This document shows, in pieces, positions 1 through 13,180 of a stretch of 64,000 nt of DNA. Origin of the DNA: Podarcis liolepis. Its lineage: Eukaryota. The stretch lies in NCBI GenBank assembly GCA_965112155.1, contig OZ218102.1, one strand, 5' to 3'. Position 1 is the stretch's first letter. Every line of letters begins with the position of its first letter. Made by a program: the position numbers and the translations under genes. The notes below the pieces were generated by a model that was not told where the DNA came from, made no database searches, and saw only the letters and a program-made list of their open reading frames with translations.

Positions 1-291
1 CAAAGTAAGAATAGTATGACCCTTTCCCATTCACTACAGCAATGACCGATAATATTGTATTTCTTGCTATATTAATTTTACACTGAAAGAGAGACAGTTA
101 CTTTCTGGGCTGCAAAAAATATAATTTCAATCTCAATTAAGTTCAAGTTGAAAAGCTTCAAATATCTGATATAGCTTGGCAGTTTCATACTGAAGCATTC
201 CTTTGAAATCTTTTTGTTGAAGTCTTTTTGCTGACCTGTGGTATTCTGGTCAACAATGGAGTATCATAGGAACTAAAATATCCTCCCACAA

Positions 292-527
292 GTACCTTGG
301 TTTAAGAACAGCTTAGTTTATGAACAACTTGGATTAAGAACGCTGCAAACCCAGAAGTAGGTGTCTTGGTTTGTGAACTTTGCCTTAGAAGCAGAACATG
401 TTCCGCTTCCTGCTGAGTGTAAACTGAGTCCCCTGCTGCTATGGGAAAGCACGCCTTGGTTTAAGAACACTCTGGTTTAAGAACAGACTTCCTGAACGGA
501 TTAAGTTTGTAAACCAAGGTACCATTG
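292..527. mobile_element. Tc1/mariner (Tigger/pogo-like) MITE, left TIR eroded
   Basis: Starts gtaccttggttt and ends aaaccaaggtaccattg followed by TA. Same TIR family as the copies at 14436, 15016, 35982, 42644 and 45781. Confidence 0.75.
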
Positions 528-870
528 TATTTTAAAGTTGCCATTGTTGATGTTGGATTTGTGTCCATTTATTCTTTTGCATAGACAGTAACCTGTTTGT
601 GCTATGTAAACAGCAGAAGAGCATTGTTAGTATATATGCTGTTGGAGGATGTTCAGATGAATGAACACCTGAAGGTGGTTTGAATGCCTGATATAGGAAT
701 GAGTGAATGAATGAACACCATTGAAAAATAGCGTGTTTCAGGTGATGTACAAGCTTTATTTGTAGCTACGGAATTGATAGTTCATTCTCACTTGGAACTT
801 GTATTTTGATGCTGAGGTTATTGTGTGATGACCACCAAAGTCTGTTTATGGCCCAGTATAAAAGTCAGTA

Positions 871-1224
871 GGGACGCGGGTGGCGCTGTGGGTTAAACCA
901 CAGATCCTAGGACTTGCCGATCAGAAGGTCGGCGGTTCAAATCCCCGCGACGGGGTGAGCTCCCGTTGCTCAGTCCTTGCTCATGCCAACCTAGCAGTTC
1001 GAAAGCACCTCAAAGTGCAAGTAGATAAATAGGTACCGCTCCGGCGGGAAGGTAAACAGCGTTTCCGTGTGCTGCTCTGGTTTGCCAGAAGCGGTTTAGT
1101 CATGCTGGCCACATGACCCGGAAGCTGTACGCCGGCTCTCTCGGCCAATAAAGCGAGATGAGCACCGCAACTGCAGAGTCAGTCATGACTGGACCTAATG
1201 GTCAGGGGTCCCTTTACCTTTACC
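871..1224 (+). mobile_element. Sauria SINE (Squam1), full length, young
   Basis: Head gggacgcgggtggcgctgtgggttaaacc with Pol III A box and B box (ggttcaaatcc), (ACCTTT)n tail, and a perfect 14-bp TSD tataaaagtcagta at 857-870 and 1225-1238. Confidence 0.93.
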
Positions 1225-2134
1225 TATAAAAGTCAGTATAAAAGTCAAGTACTGGGGAGATTTGTATTTTTTCTTGAGGGAGAAACCTACCCTGCCACTT
1301 GCCATCCTCCTTTGTGCCCCTCCTGTGTAAAAAGTTTTCCAACCCTGGGCAATAGGGCTTTCCTTTTGGAAAATGATGAGAATGCATACTGTATTTATCA
1401 AATATCATAAAAAACTCCAGTTAATAGCAACTGAAAAATCCCACATTCATACACATTCATAGTTTGCAAATGTGACCAATAAAAATGTGAATGGCTATTT
1501 TGTGACTATTGTCAACGTTTGCATTAGTTGTGGATGGCATGGGTCTTGCGCCCACCATTATTATCTGGTTTGCAAATTCATCAATGAGCCCGAAAAGATT
1601 GGATATCCTTGCACTGGTAAACATCTATTCACCTTCACTTTATAGATGGGAGGAAGAAATGACATGGAATGGATGTGCTGTCCTGGGGTGATGTAAAGTG
1701 TGCATTTATATCATAAGCAAAAGATCAAGCCATTATTGTATTATATTTCAAGAGGTGACGGCTAGAGTCTTTCTATTTTTCATTAAAAATAGGGGGGGGG
1801 ACTACATGATGCTGAAACAAGACAGTGGAATTTTCAGTTGGGGGCCCTCACATAAGCTATCCACATTAAGAATGAGTAAATGCGACATAAGCACACAGCC
1901 TGCAACATGCACCTTTGAATGTATTGTGAAACTATTGTCTTGTAGGGTACTTGTTTACCTGAATTGCAAGACTTTGGCTTCTAGACAAATGTTTATCCTA
2001 GAATCCGTCTGTAACTACTACATCTCTTTTCTAAATAGGCCAGCTATCTTGACTGTCTTACGCTCTTGGGTTTAAGCTGCTATCAGCAATGCTTATTTTA
2101 TTCGTCACGTTTGTATTCTTGCAGCCACCCAGAA

Positions 2135-2136
<2 letters not shown>

Positions 2137-2172
<36 letters not shown>
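2137..2172. repeat. (AG)18 microsatellite
   Basis: Directly visible perfect dinucleotide run. Confidence 0.97.
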
Positions 2173-2175
<3 letters not shown>

Positions 2176-2658
2176 GGAGCCGATGTATAGATTAATTGTC
2201 TTCTAACAACCATATGAGCCAAACTAAGCTGATCAATAGTGAAAGGGCACCAGGCGTCAAGGTCAAGCTGAGGGTGCGGTGTTCAAAACTCAGAATTCCT
2301 GGAGGTCAGGTGTTAGAGCTAGAAGCTAGAGTACAGCAAACAGGAAGTACTTCCTATTGCCTGGCGAAGACGGAAGACCTATACTGTGCTGGCCAAGACA
2401 GATGCTTCATACGGCCTGGCAATCATGGGGTCTGAACTTATACATTTTTGTGCTTGAAAGGGATTCTGAAGCCTAAGTGAATACACAGCCTGTGCCATCT
2501 GTCTCGGCACCCCTGTATTCCTGGTTCAAGAAGCAGAGCCACTGGGTAGGTAGCAGTATGAATCAAAGTGTTCCCAGTCGGACACTGTCCATTGCACCGC
2601 ACTGGCTCCTTTTAATTAACTGTATGTCATGGTTAATATATTCAGTGTTGGAAATGAG

Positions 2659-2683
2659 GTGTGTGTGTGTGTGTGTGTGTGTG
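2659..2683. repeat. (GT)12 microsatellite
   Basis: Directly visible. Confidence 0.95.
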
Positions 2684-3641
2684 CATGCAATTAACGATTT
2701 TCAGTGTCCTTTTTGTAAGTGCTCATTGCACGCTCTGAATCCTTTTCGGAGAGGATGTTGACTTACTGCTGTTCTTCCTGTGTTGTAAAATTTTGTCAGG
2801 TGCAATATATTAGTGACTATTATGGTTATTGATGTGTGTGCATGTGTGAAGAATTTATAGCATGCGATAGAAATGAGCACAATTTCTCACATATCCTGGA
2901 TAAATATTTAAAGAGTCAGAGGTAGGGGAACACCGCCTTCAACAGGCATAACTGCTAGCTGCGGCACATGGAAGGATACCAACTGTTAACAAGTCTCCTT
3001 GGAATACAGCAACGTTGCATCCTATAAAGCAAGACAAACGGTTTGACAGAATCCTACTTTTCATAAGCAATTGCCATTGCTGAAGTGAAAATAAAACGAT
3101 CACAACGTTTTTAAAGGATATTTCCGTTTCAGGTATTGCAGCGTTGTTGAAAAAGCAGCCGTTTGAGAGTCTTATTTATTCAAGGCTAGCATTTAATTTG
3201 CTCATTACATCAAGGCTAGGACTACCCACTAGGACTGCCACTGAAACCAATGGCTCCAGGCTGCCTGTTCCTATTTCCTCCTCCATTGAGGTTGGGTAAA
3301 GCAAGAATGTTGAGTTTCAGTGGGATGGCACAAGTTGTAAAACTTTGCCTTATTTAACATTATGGGTAGAGAAGGTAAGGTAGCAGCTCTTGCAGCAATG
3401 TTTGCATATCTGCCTTAACAGTTAATTCCAGCCCTGCTTTGCATAGTGCTCCTGCAGAAATCTAAAGGCTGCTTAAGTGTGTATGCACTTAGGCACGCTG
3501 GATGTCTGAAGGTCTCAACATTACATGCGTTACCTTAATGCTGTTACTAATTCTCATGGCATTTTCAGCAGATTCTATCCATCCCCCACCCACCCCAAAA
3601 AAGTGAAATGGGAAATAATATCAGTAGTGCCAGTGTTTCAA

Positions 3642-3892
3642 GAGCCAGTGTGGTGTAGTGGTTAAGAGCGGTAGTCTCGTAATCTGGGGAACCGGGTTCG
3701 CGTCTCCGCTCCTCCACATGCAGCTGCTGGGTGACCTTGGGCCAGTCACACTTCTTTGAAGTCTCTCAGCCCCACTCACCTCACAGAGTGTTTGTTGTGG
3801 GGGAGGAAGGGAAAGGAGAATGTTAGCTGCTTTGAGACTCCTTAAAGGAAGTGAAAGGCGGGATATCAAATCCAAACTCTTCTTCTTCTTCT
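3642..3892 (+). mobile_element. tRNA-derived SINE, Squam3-type with (CTT)n tail
   Basis: A box tggtgtagtgg, B-box-like gggttcgcgtc, core gctgggtgaccttgggccagtcac, L2-like 3' end and (CTT)n tail. A highly similar second copy lies at 36246. Confidence 0.85.
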
Positions 3893-5016
3893 AGTGGAAA
3901 TTTTTTTAGGAGTGTTGCACACACCACCACTTCAGGATGGCTGTAGCTTGGAGCTATAGATTCACCAAGAAGCAGCTCAGACTGGGAGCTTTTTTTGATT
4001 CTGTGAACCCCCTGATATCTTATGATGAAGGGTGTTAGATTTATATATCTAACAAATAATAAAAATGGATAAGCTGGATAATTCACCCTCTCCTGGTTGC
4101 CAGTCAGAGTGGGGTGGAAGAGCTGAAAAATAATCACCTTTACTTTTTACTTTATCTGCCACAAGTAGACTCAGGCTCCCTAAAACTCCTGCCTGGCTTC
4201 TTGTCTCCCCTCCTCCAGCTGTTGGAGAAATGGGTGGGGGTCTGAGAGCCAACCATGAATCTAGGCTGCTTGTATTCTGATCTCCAGCCCTGGGGCAGGA
4301 TGCATAGGTTCAGTGGCTCTTCATGGTCACTGATAGCATGGATATCTACTGGTGGACCTCAAATTCTGGGTCTGGGCAGGGCCAAACCCTGACCCCCTGT
4401 TTTGTTCCTATGCCTGTATGCATGTACATTGAATGTTGCAGGCAGTGATTATGTGACAAGTGGCACAAGGTGGCTCACGAGGTGGCACAAGATGTAGTTG
4501 TATCTGGGTGGAGCCAGGAGTTTCTTATTGCTATTCGGTATTCTTTAAAAAGAGACAATACAACTTCTTGTCTAACTTTCTGACTGATGTTTCTTCTAAG
4601 GCTTCCATAGCAGTTTTTTTTCCTCCTTGCCTAGACATAGTGAACTTCAGTTTCTTTTAGGGGTGGTCAAATTGGTCAATTTCAGATCACTTGGTTCTTC
4701 TAAGCTTTTTGTCATGCCAGAGCATGACAAGCCAGTTCTATCATCACCCTGTACTACAGCTTGGAAGTTGTGATCGTGGTGTGATCTTCAAGCTGAGAAA
4801 GGGGCCCTCTCCATTGCCCATTGTATGGACAAAAAGCTGCACCAAGATCTTGGATCACAAACACTCACACATCTATGCACTGTGTTTAGGGTGGGTCCCT
4901 TGATGCCCAGTTTCCTGGTGCAGTCCTGGTTCCTCCTTTGCAAGTTGACCAACCTCCAAGGCTTGGTAGGACTAATCAGACCTAGGAGACAGAGCTTCCC
5001 CACTGGTGCACTAGCT

Positions 5017-5302
5017 CAGAGGTGGGGAACCTAAGAATGAGAGGGCAAGTGCTGTCCTCCAGACTTCTCTGTTTTGCCCCTGAGACTTTCTATGTCACAC
5101 CCATTCCCAGAGACCACACTTAAGTGCTTTCATCTGGCTGTAATGTGTATTTGTGAGAGTGCTCTGGCTTGCCTGAAAGAAGGATGGAGAGGTGTTTTTC
5201 CATCCATGTTTGTATCTGGCCCTCCCACCACAGTATGTGGCTCCTAGAAGGTTACTCATGAGTTAATGTGGCTCTCAGGCTGGAAAATGTTCTCCACCCC
5301 TG
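5017..5302. mobile_element. Old hAT-like MITE
   Basis: TIRs cagaggtggggaac / gttctccacccctg (12/14). TSD no longer recognisable. Confidence 0.55.
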
Positions 5303-5814
5303 CTTCAGGACATGGATCAGACTGTTCAATTGATCCCTCCTTTCCATTACTTACTGGAGGTGGCACGAGAATAGCAGCAAAGGATATGAAGCTAATCAAT
5401 AGTATGTTTTCTGGGTGTCTTAAGTACATTTGGTAAATTAATTCAGTTTGTCTGGAATATGGAATGGTGGTTGGCAGGGACAGTAGCTAACACATTCACA
5501 CTATAAACCATTTGCCAGTTTTCTCTTAGGCAGGAGAAATATCTTCATTTTTGTTTCTCTTTCTTTTTTGTATCTGTCAGCAAGATCCATTCAAGGTCAT
5601 TTTTTGCAATGTAACTGAAACTTCAGATATGACTGTCAGAACTATCTGTAGACATGAGCTGTCGCACATCAATCCTTTCAGTATCAAAATATTGTGGCAA
5701 ATATTAAAGAATCATAATTCTTTACAATTCACTTTTGGAAAATTGGTAAGGGCATGGTGTCATTCAGTAGCTAAAAATGAGAAACGATTGACGCTCTTTT
5801 TTTCTTTTACGCAG

Positions 5815-5916
5815 ACTTTATTCGCATTATGTGAATTTTTCAGCCAGTCACCACTTGTGCATGATAGTCCTGATGTAGAATTAACTAGCATTTGTAACAG
5901 AACACTTAGTGCAGAG
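5815..5916 (+). other. Candidate 102-nt exon (UTR or coding, phase 0-0) of an unidentified gene
   Basis: Branch-like ttgac, then pyrimidine tract ctctttttttcttttacgcag| and donor GAG|gtaatg. Frame 0 is open: TLFALCEFFSQSPLVHDSPDVELTSICNRTLSAE. Confidence 0.3.
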
Positions 5917-8006
5917 GTAATGAGACTCTTGTACCCTTGACAGGGAATTATGCACAGAAGAGCACGAAAAGACCTATCTGAAACCCTTCTGTTCTTCCTT
6001 TTCTTAACATGGAAAATAAAGCTAAATTGTCCCTTCACACCAGTATCCTTTTTGGAAGTTCTTGAATTTTGATCTGTCAGTGGTATTTGCTGAAAAGGCA
6101 GAGTTTCCTTCCAGTAATTTTAAGAAAAGCTATCATCAAACTGTCAACAGCCTAAATTGAGATTAAAAGTACCGAAGAGAAATCTTTGCTATTATCAGGG
6201 TTTCAACTAAGAGCCCTTGTGCAGACAGAAAATATCTGAAAGGTCTAAAATGGAGCCGCATCATCTTTTTTTATCCATTGGAGAAACTGGGGGGTGGGGT
6301 GGGGGTTTGTAGGTCATTCTTTAAATAAGTGACAAAAGCTTAAACATACTACCTAGATTTGCAGACAAAGTCAAAATATAGTGTAGTGTATGCACCTGTG
6401 CTTTGCATACCATTTCAGAGTCACTGAAAACATCAGACTTGTCTGCTGGAGCTGTCCAAAGCTGGAATGGGCTGAATGTCTTATATTCACCTTGGTTGCT
6501 AAAGGTGAAGATAAGCACATGTGTCAACTGTCGCTCCCTTTTTGCTAGGGCCAGTCCATACTACTAAATGCTTCTTATACTTAATACTTTGGGAAGATAC
6601 TGCAGATTCCTTTAGAAAATATTCCTGTGTGCGTGCATGTGTGCACCCTGTTAGTATTTCATGCCTCCGATGCTGCAGATGTGATTGGTGTAATTCACAT
6701 GCCTGTCTGGGAAGAGTGTGGGAATGGAAGACAGGCTTGTCTCTTCTGCTATGTGTACTGTTACACTGTATGTAGGGAACAGGGAAAAAGCCATGTTGGT
6801 TGTGCCAGTTGGCATGTGCAGTTCTTCCTGTGTAGGTTTAGTCTTTTGCCTACAGAACAAAAACAAAAAAAAAGTGTGTCTTCTTTAAATTGAAATGCAT
6901 GCTTTCACACTTTAAGTTGAGATGGGTTTAATGATCAGTAGGTGTAGTTATCTTTCTGTGAGTAGTTACCTGGGTTTAGTTGCTCTGAACTCAACTTGTA
7001 ACTCCTGTCGGAAGGTACTGCTACAGCAGTTGGCTTAATATGCTACAAAAGTTCGCCTAATATTAAAACATGTTTTAAAGTAATATATGTTAGAATAATA
7101 CAGATTTACAAACAAGACCTGTCTCTTGCATTTGAAAAAGTAAGATTTAGTAATAGCAAAGCTACTGCTTCCTAGAATGCCTAGTCGTAAATATAATAAG
7201 GCCTAAAATTCCTCACCCTCCAGTAGGAAATAATTAAATGTGTGCTTGGTTGTTTCGAAATTAATTTAGACCTGTTATTACAAGGTTTATAGGTTTATTT
7301 GATATTCCAGTTGTTATGGGACAGTTAAGTATGTTCCATAACAGAGTTTGAGATTTATTGTTTAAAAACTCATACTCGCCTCTTATAGTTTGTTTTACTT
7401 AATATATTCCATGTAGTTTGGATTTTGAGAGTAGTGAATCTTGCTTACAAGGCAGGATGGCCACATCCAGTGGTCAAAACTGCAGTTGGTAGAGGTGGAG
7501 CTCTCTCCATAGGTAGCTTGTGGGAGCTGGTTGTGCTGATACCCTCTGGGCAGCATACCGTAATGCTCTCCAAATCAAGCCTGCTCCATACCCCATTTCC
7601 TGGAGCTGACTTGCAGATTGCCAGAGTGCCATTTTAGTGTTCAGGCGGGGTGGAGGGGTGATATAAAGACTTCAGTACTCCTGGGGCAAGTTTCAAAGGA
7701 TGGTTTAACAGCTTGCTTCTGCTTGGGGGGGGGGAAGCATAGCATCACATCAACCCCTGCCTGCAGCCTGAAGTGGTACAGTCAAGGCATGAAAACAATT
7801 AAAACCCAAAAAGTGAACAAGAGTTTGCTCACCATGTCAGTCACTTGAAAGTTACGTTTTCCCAAATCCAATCAAAGTTCTGGGTACGTGGCAAAATTAA
7901 TTTTATCTCTAATATTGCACTTTGCATTGTGTATACATGTGTGAGTGTATCCTCTTAATGAAATATACATACTAGCATCAATCATATTTATCTTTCTTCC
8001 CCCCAG

Positions 8007-8091
8007 GCAACAACTGATGCTGCCTCCATTTCTCCTCAGATGAGCTATACACCTCTGCCAACTGGATCAAGGGACCTCACCAACCACAGAG
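8007..8091 (+). CDS. Candidate 85-nt internal exon of an unidentified large-intron gene (ATTDAASISPQMSYTPLPTGSRDLTNHR)
   Basis: Strong acceptor tttatctttcttccccccag| and strong donor GAG|gtaaga. Only one of three frames is open and it contains an ATG (MSYTPLP...). More C-rich than its flanks. Protein not recognised. Confidence 0.5.
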
Positions 8092-8536
8092 GTAAGAAAT
8101 AAAAGAACCACTGTACTCAGATGGACACACACACAAAGGAACTTTTGTCATTCACGACTGTGAGGTGAAAAACTTCACTGTAAGGCCATCAGACCCTGGA
8201 GACAATGCACCAAACTTTTGAGATATTGAGAAGAACAATGTATTTGGCAAAATTAGTTTTTAACAGATTTCAACAAGCCTTACAGGTATTCTACTGGGAG
8301 ATAATCTATTAAATAACATTTGCTTCAGTTTCAACAACAATTATGTTACATATTGCTAAATTGACAACTGAAGTCTCCCCTTATTTAAAAAGAAATCTGT
8401 AAATGATAAAAATACTAAAATATGTTTATTTTCCAATTAACAGTTCAAGTTGTGATTTACTATTACTTTAGTACACATTTACTTGGCATATGCTTCTTCT
8501 TACCATTCTCTGTTTACCATTAAAGGGTAGGAATCT

Positions 8537-8572
8537 TATCTATCTATCTATCTATCTATCTATCCATCTATC
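8537..8572. repeat. (TATC)n tetranucleotide microsatellite
   Basis: About 9 units with one variant. Confidence 0.95.
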
Positions 8573-11500
8573 TCACAGGTCATTGAAAACTAAAAATGCT
8601 GTATTCATATAAAAAGGAAGGAGATGAACAATTGCAGTAAAGGAAGTATTTTGAATGGTCGGGGCAGAAGAGGGGGGGCAGGCAAAACTTTGTTCCATGT
8701 TATGCCAGCCTAGGTCAGGCCTGATATCATCAAGTGTTGACAGTGAGGTCAGCTGGAAATTCAATGGATCCAGTACTGACTTAGTCACTCTGTAAAATGT
8801 CCTGTCTTGCTGATTTCCATGGGATGCTCTTTTGGCAGGTAGAAAGCGAAGATTTCCACCTCAGGAGTGAGGCCACTAGAGTGGCGTAGGGCTGCATGGA
8901 GACTTTTCCCCATTTACCCCCACCCTTCACTCCAGCATGGTGGGTTGTGGTTTTGGATTGTAGCCTTAGTTGTTCACTATGCAGGTTTCCAATCTTGTCT
9001 CCTTTCTCGTGGTAGTCCTGTAAAGTAAGTGACTAAATATACCAGACAAAGAACTGTAGTCATGCTTTGTGATAGCAATAGGGAACCTGTGGCCCTCCAT
9101 TTGTTGTTTGACTGCTATAAATTGTTGCAACCTGAGTAGGGCGCTGATGCATCTGTAAGGGCTACAGGAGAGAACATGGAGCCAATGATGTGAAGTTGCT
9201 CCTGGCAACTGATTCAAGAAACTCCATAGCAACAGTGTAAGTGAATAGGGGTAGAACTACAGCAACTGCGGAATCCTACAGAGCCAGCCATGGCTGTCTA
9301 TTTCATTGCATTTTAGCTGCTAAGATATGGGCAAACATACCGGCATTTACCACTTGGTGAGTTGGTCATCTGTATTCATCCATGGGTTATTTTTCAAAGT
9401 GTTTCTTATTCATGATGTTGCAATCAAAACTGCTAGGTGGACAACTATTATTCACCAAGTATCGGAGGGCAAACTAAGTCAGTGGCTTGCCTTAGGCCTC
9501 TCGGTGAGTTAATGGCAGGTTGAAATTGTGAGCTTTATTGTCTTAGATGCTATGTTACATGTAGCTCTTTATTTTGATAAGAGAAACATCCTTAACTTGA
9601 TTAGATGAATTTCAGACTGCCGTTTTATCAATTACTGAAAACTGAGCACACATTACTAAGGAAAGCTGAGACTCTGAGGAGAGTTTACACCATTTGAGGA
9701 AGCGCGTAAAGATTTTGAAGGCCTTTTGAGGGAGATACTATTAATAGATAAGAAACTACTTAGTTGTGCATTAGTTTAGCTTCGGGAAAGATGGATGATA
9801 GATACAAGTAGTTTTAAAAAATAAATCTACTTGTAAATCTATCCCGAGAGCTGGTAGTTTTTAAACGGTTTATAGCTTGTGATGATTCATTTTGCTTGAT
9901 TTAAAAAAATATATACAAACAAGACAAACAATAAAGAAACAAAGAACAACAGGGGGGAGCGCATTGTTGCCATTGGAATAAAATAAACAGAAGAGTAGCA
10001 CACTTCTGCAGAAAGCATAATACAATAGATTCCTCGAAGGGAGAATTTGAGTCGTATATCGACAAGGTAGCCTTACCAAATAGAGACTTGTGTTGGGGAG
10101 CGGGGCTATGCAGTGCACTATTTTTATTTATACAGCATATAAATGGAGCCAATACAAAATCAGAATGTTCTCATTTTGTAACCCCTGTTAGAACCCTCCT
10201 GTGAAGGGTTAAAGATACATTTTTAAAATAAATGTTCAAACCATTGAGTATTCTTCTCTGTATTTCAAGCTGAATTGCATAGCCATGTGGGCAGGGAAAA
10301 GGAGGCAATTTAGTCAAAGTTTCAAGTCCCTGAGATTTCAGTGGGAAGTTGCTAAGCAGGTCTGAGATGAAGTTAAAAATATTTAAGTTTGGCCAGATTT
10401 CACCCTGTGTGAATAAGGAGAGGGGAAATTATCCAAGGGTCAGGTAAAACTGGCTCTTAGCAAGATACCATTGGCTCATTTTGACAGTTAACGTGTATAT
10501 ATCCTCAAGGAAATAGTAATTAAGGGATGTTTTCCAGAAATCCAGGTGTTGTGAATTGAGTTTGGAACATCCTGCTGGAAGACTGTATGTGAGCCATCAA
10601 CTTTTTCTTTAGAATGCAAAGAAGTTCTCTGAGCTCACAAAACCTAATTGGAGTCAAGAGTGTACCAAGAAAAGAATGAAACACATAAACATGCCATTTT
10701 GGAATCTCACTCCTAAGGTTTTTCTATTCCCTGAATGGTCTCAGTCTCACATAAAAGATTGAATCAGCTATTGCATATGTAAATATTGGCAGCTTTTCGG
10801 GAATTCTTTGCAGCCTGAAGCTAAGGGAGAGAATGACCACTGCCTTTGTTCATCTCCAGAGGGGCTTGTTTACAAGACTGAATCTCTTGTGAGCAACTTA
10901 AGGCAGCTGTAAATTAACTCTGCTTGGGGCTCAAAAAGAGGAAAAACAGAACCAACTCATCTGTGTTTGGCTACATTTTCACAATTTCCACTTCATTTTT
11001 TCCTTCGTTTAGAACAAAGGAAAAAAATATGACAGAAGCTATGCTTTTCCTACTCAGCTTACTTTGCAATCTTTGTCGTAGATCCAAAGAACCAGCAACT
11101 AGTTGTATGTGCCCAAGCAGTTTAAATGTTTGGTTCCTGAACACAGGCCCTCTCCCCATGCCAAATGAAATCCCATTTTTTAAAAAAACTAAGGGGATCT
11201 TTGGAAGCAATCTGGTGAACTGTCCCCAACCCATTACTGAATGGAACTGATTAAAACTAATTATTTTCACCTAATTATTATACTTCAGGTCCTCATTCGA
11301 AATTTGTTTCTATTAAACTCCCCACTGCAAATGGATTTCAGTGATATCACTAGGAGCATGATAACACCAAGAGGCTTTCTTGCTGCCGCTACTCCTCCCT
11401 CCTTTCCCTAAGTTAATTTACCAGAGTGAAGGTGGTGACAGGGAGAACTCTCAAGAACTGCATGCCTCAGGACTAAATTTCAGATGCTGCTGGAGGCAGG

Positions 11501-11805
11501 CAGGCAGGCAGGCAGGCAGTCATAGCTATACTATGCACAGTGCTTGTAAGGTGTTCCTCTCCACTGGGAACCTCAATTGCTCATGTTCCAAAGTGGAAGC
11601 ATTTGGAAACCTTTTCAAAGTATACAGGTGTTGGGGGCATGCCAGAAGGGCTTGCTGACACTGGGAATTGACTAGCCATGTATCCCCGCTCCCCTTCAGC
11701 ATATTCTATGTATAAACGCTGAAAAGAACTAATGTTTCTGACCATTTAAAGATGCCTATTTCTTTCTTTTTGACAATAAACTCAGACTACTGCATAGTGA
11801 TCTTG

Positions 11806-12188
11806 GGGACACGGGTGGCGCTGTCGTCTAAACCACTGAGCCTCTTGGGCTTGCTGATCAGAAGGTTGGCAGTTCAAATCTGTGCAACGGGGTAAGCTCC
11901 TGTCGCTCTGTCCCAGCTCCTGCCAACCTAGCAGTTCGAAAGCACACCAGTGCATGTAAATAAATAGGTACCACTGCGGCAGGGAAGGTAAATGGCATTT
12001 CCATGCATTCTGGCACTTGTCACAGTGTTCTGTTGCACCAGAAGCGATTTAGTCATGCTGGCCACATGACCTAGAACAGCCGGACAAACGTCGGCTCACT
12101 CAGCCTGGAGAGAGATGAGCACCGTACCCCCAGAGTCACCTTTGACTGGACTTAACTGTCCAGGCGTCCTTTACCTTTAGCTTTTACC
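11806..12188 (+). mobile_element. Sauria SINE (Squam1), older copy
   Basis: Homologous to 871-1224 with decayed CpGs, an ACCTTT-like tail and a decayed TSD atagtgatcttgg / atagtcatctcgg. Confidence 0.9.
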
Positions 12189-12864
12189 TATAGTCATCTC
12201 GGCCTGGTAGGTATGTCCTCTGCCATGATGTTCCCTTCCCCTATTATCTCATGGCATTAGAAACAGTGAGCTACATCCAAACTGGTGAATCTTTTGAAAT
12301 GTCCATTTTTTTTCCTACCAAGTTTCAGGTTTTTGCAGGGGTTTAAGTGCATATGTTGTGCACAAAAGAATGGGAAGAAATTGTTGCATTTGAACATGGA
12401 GAAATTTCAGTGTTCAAGCTCTGATATTTATCAGCAATTCTGTTACAGTAATTCTGCTGTAAGAAGAAATAGTGAAATGCCATTTTTCTTTAAATGTACA
12501 GGCAGAAGGTTAATTGCTGAAGTAACCAGCGACCTTGTTAAAACTTGTAAAGGTTCCATGTACATTAGCCTCCTATACCTCATCTTCAACTACCGTACCT
12601 ATTGCTTTATCGCAGGGATATCCTGCAGGAGAAAGAAAATAAAGTGCTTCTTGATCAAGAATGATTAGTGTTGATGAAGCAAAGTAAACTGTATGGAATC
12701 TTAGTTAGAATAGACATTGACTTAAAAGGATGAATTGTTTCTCCTTTGTTTGCTTATTCCTGTTTCTTACTGCTGCAAACAATTGAAAGTCTTCAGCAAT
12801 ATTTAGTCTTCATGAATTTTGTCGTGCGTCACTAGTCCTAGAGTTGTTCCCTAGTCTGTCGAAA

Positions 12865-13180
12865 ACATGTAGATGCGTTCTTCCACTAGATACTATGTAC
12901 TTGGACGGACTTTCAAAAAGCTTTTGATGAAGCCCCTCACTTAGCTGTTATGAGATAAAGAGTGTGTGTCCTGATAAACTGGTTAAAGAACAGGCAGTGG
13001 TTAGAAGGACCATGACTATTCACAGGGCAGGACAGTAAGAAGTGGATGGCAAAAAATAAATGCCATGTAACCTGTTCCCAGTTGGATCTGTCCCTAATTG
13101 AGGAGTAAGAAGTGAGTCCACATTTGCAGGTGATAAAAGCACACAACAACACAAAAGGATCTCTCTAAACTATGTTTGCT
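12865..13180 (+). mobile_element. Degraded CR1 LINE ORF2 (RT region) fragment
   Basis: tacttggac..gactttcaaaaagcttttgatgaagcccctcac resembles the CR1 motif YLDFQKAFDKVPH. Boundaries approximate. Confidence 0.6.

Noticed and set aside
871-950. tRNA genes at the SINE heads (also 3642, 11806, 24417, 36246)
   Set aside because: A and B boxes are present but there is no cloverleaf, and each continues into a SINE body and tail.
5581-5745. Additional in-frame exon upstream of 5815 within the 129-aa ORF
   Set aside because: It would need a 69-nt intron and the peptide is not recognisable; likely chance.
8871-8890. CTCF site ggccactagagtggcg
   Set aside because: It needs a 1-nt insertion in the core to match the consensus.
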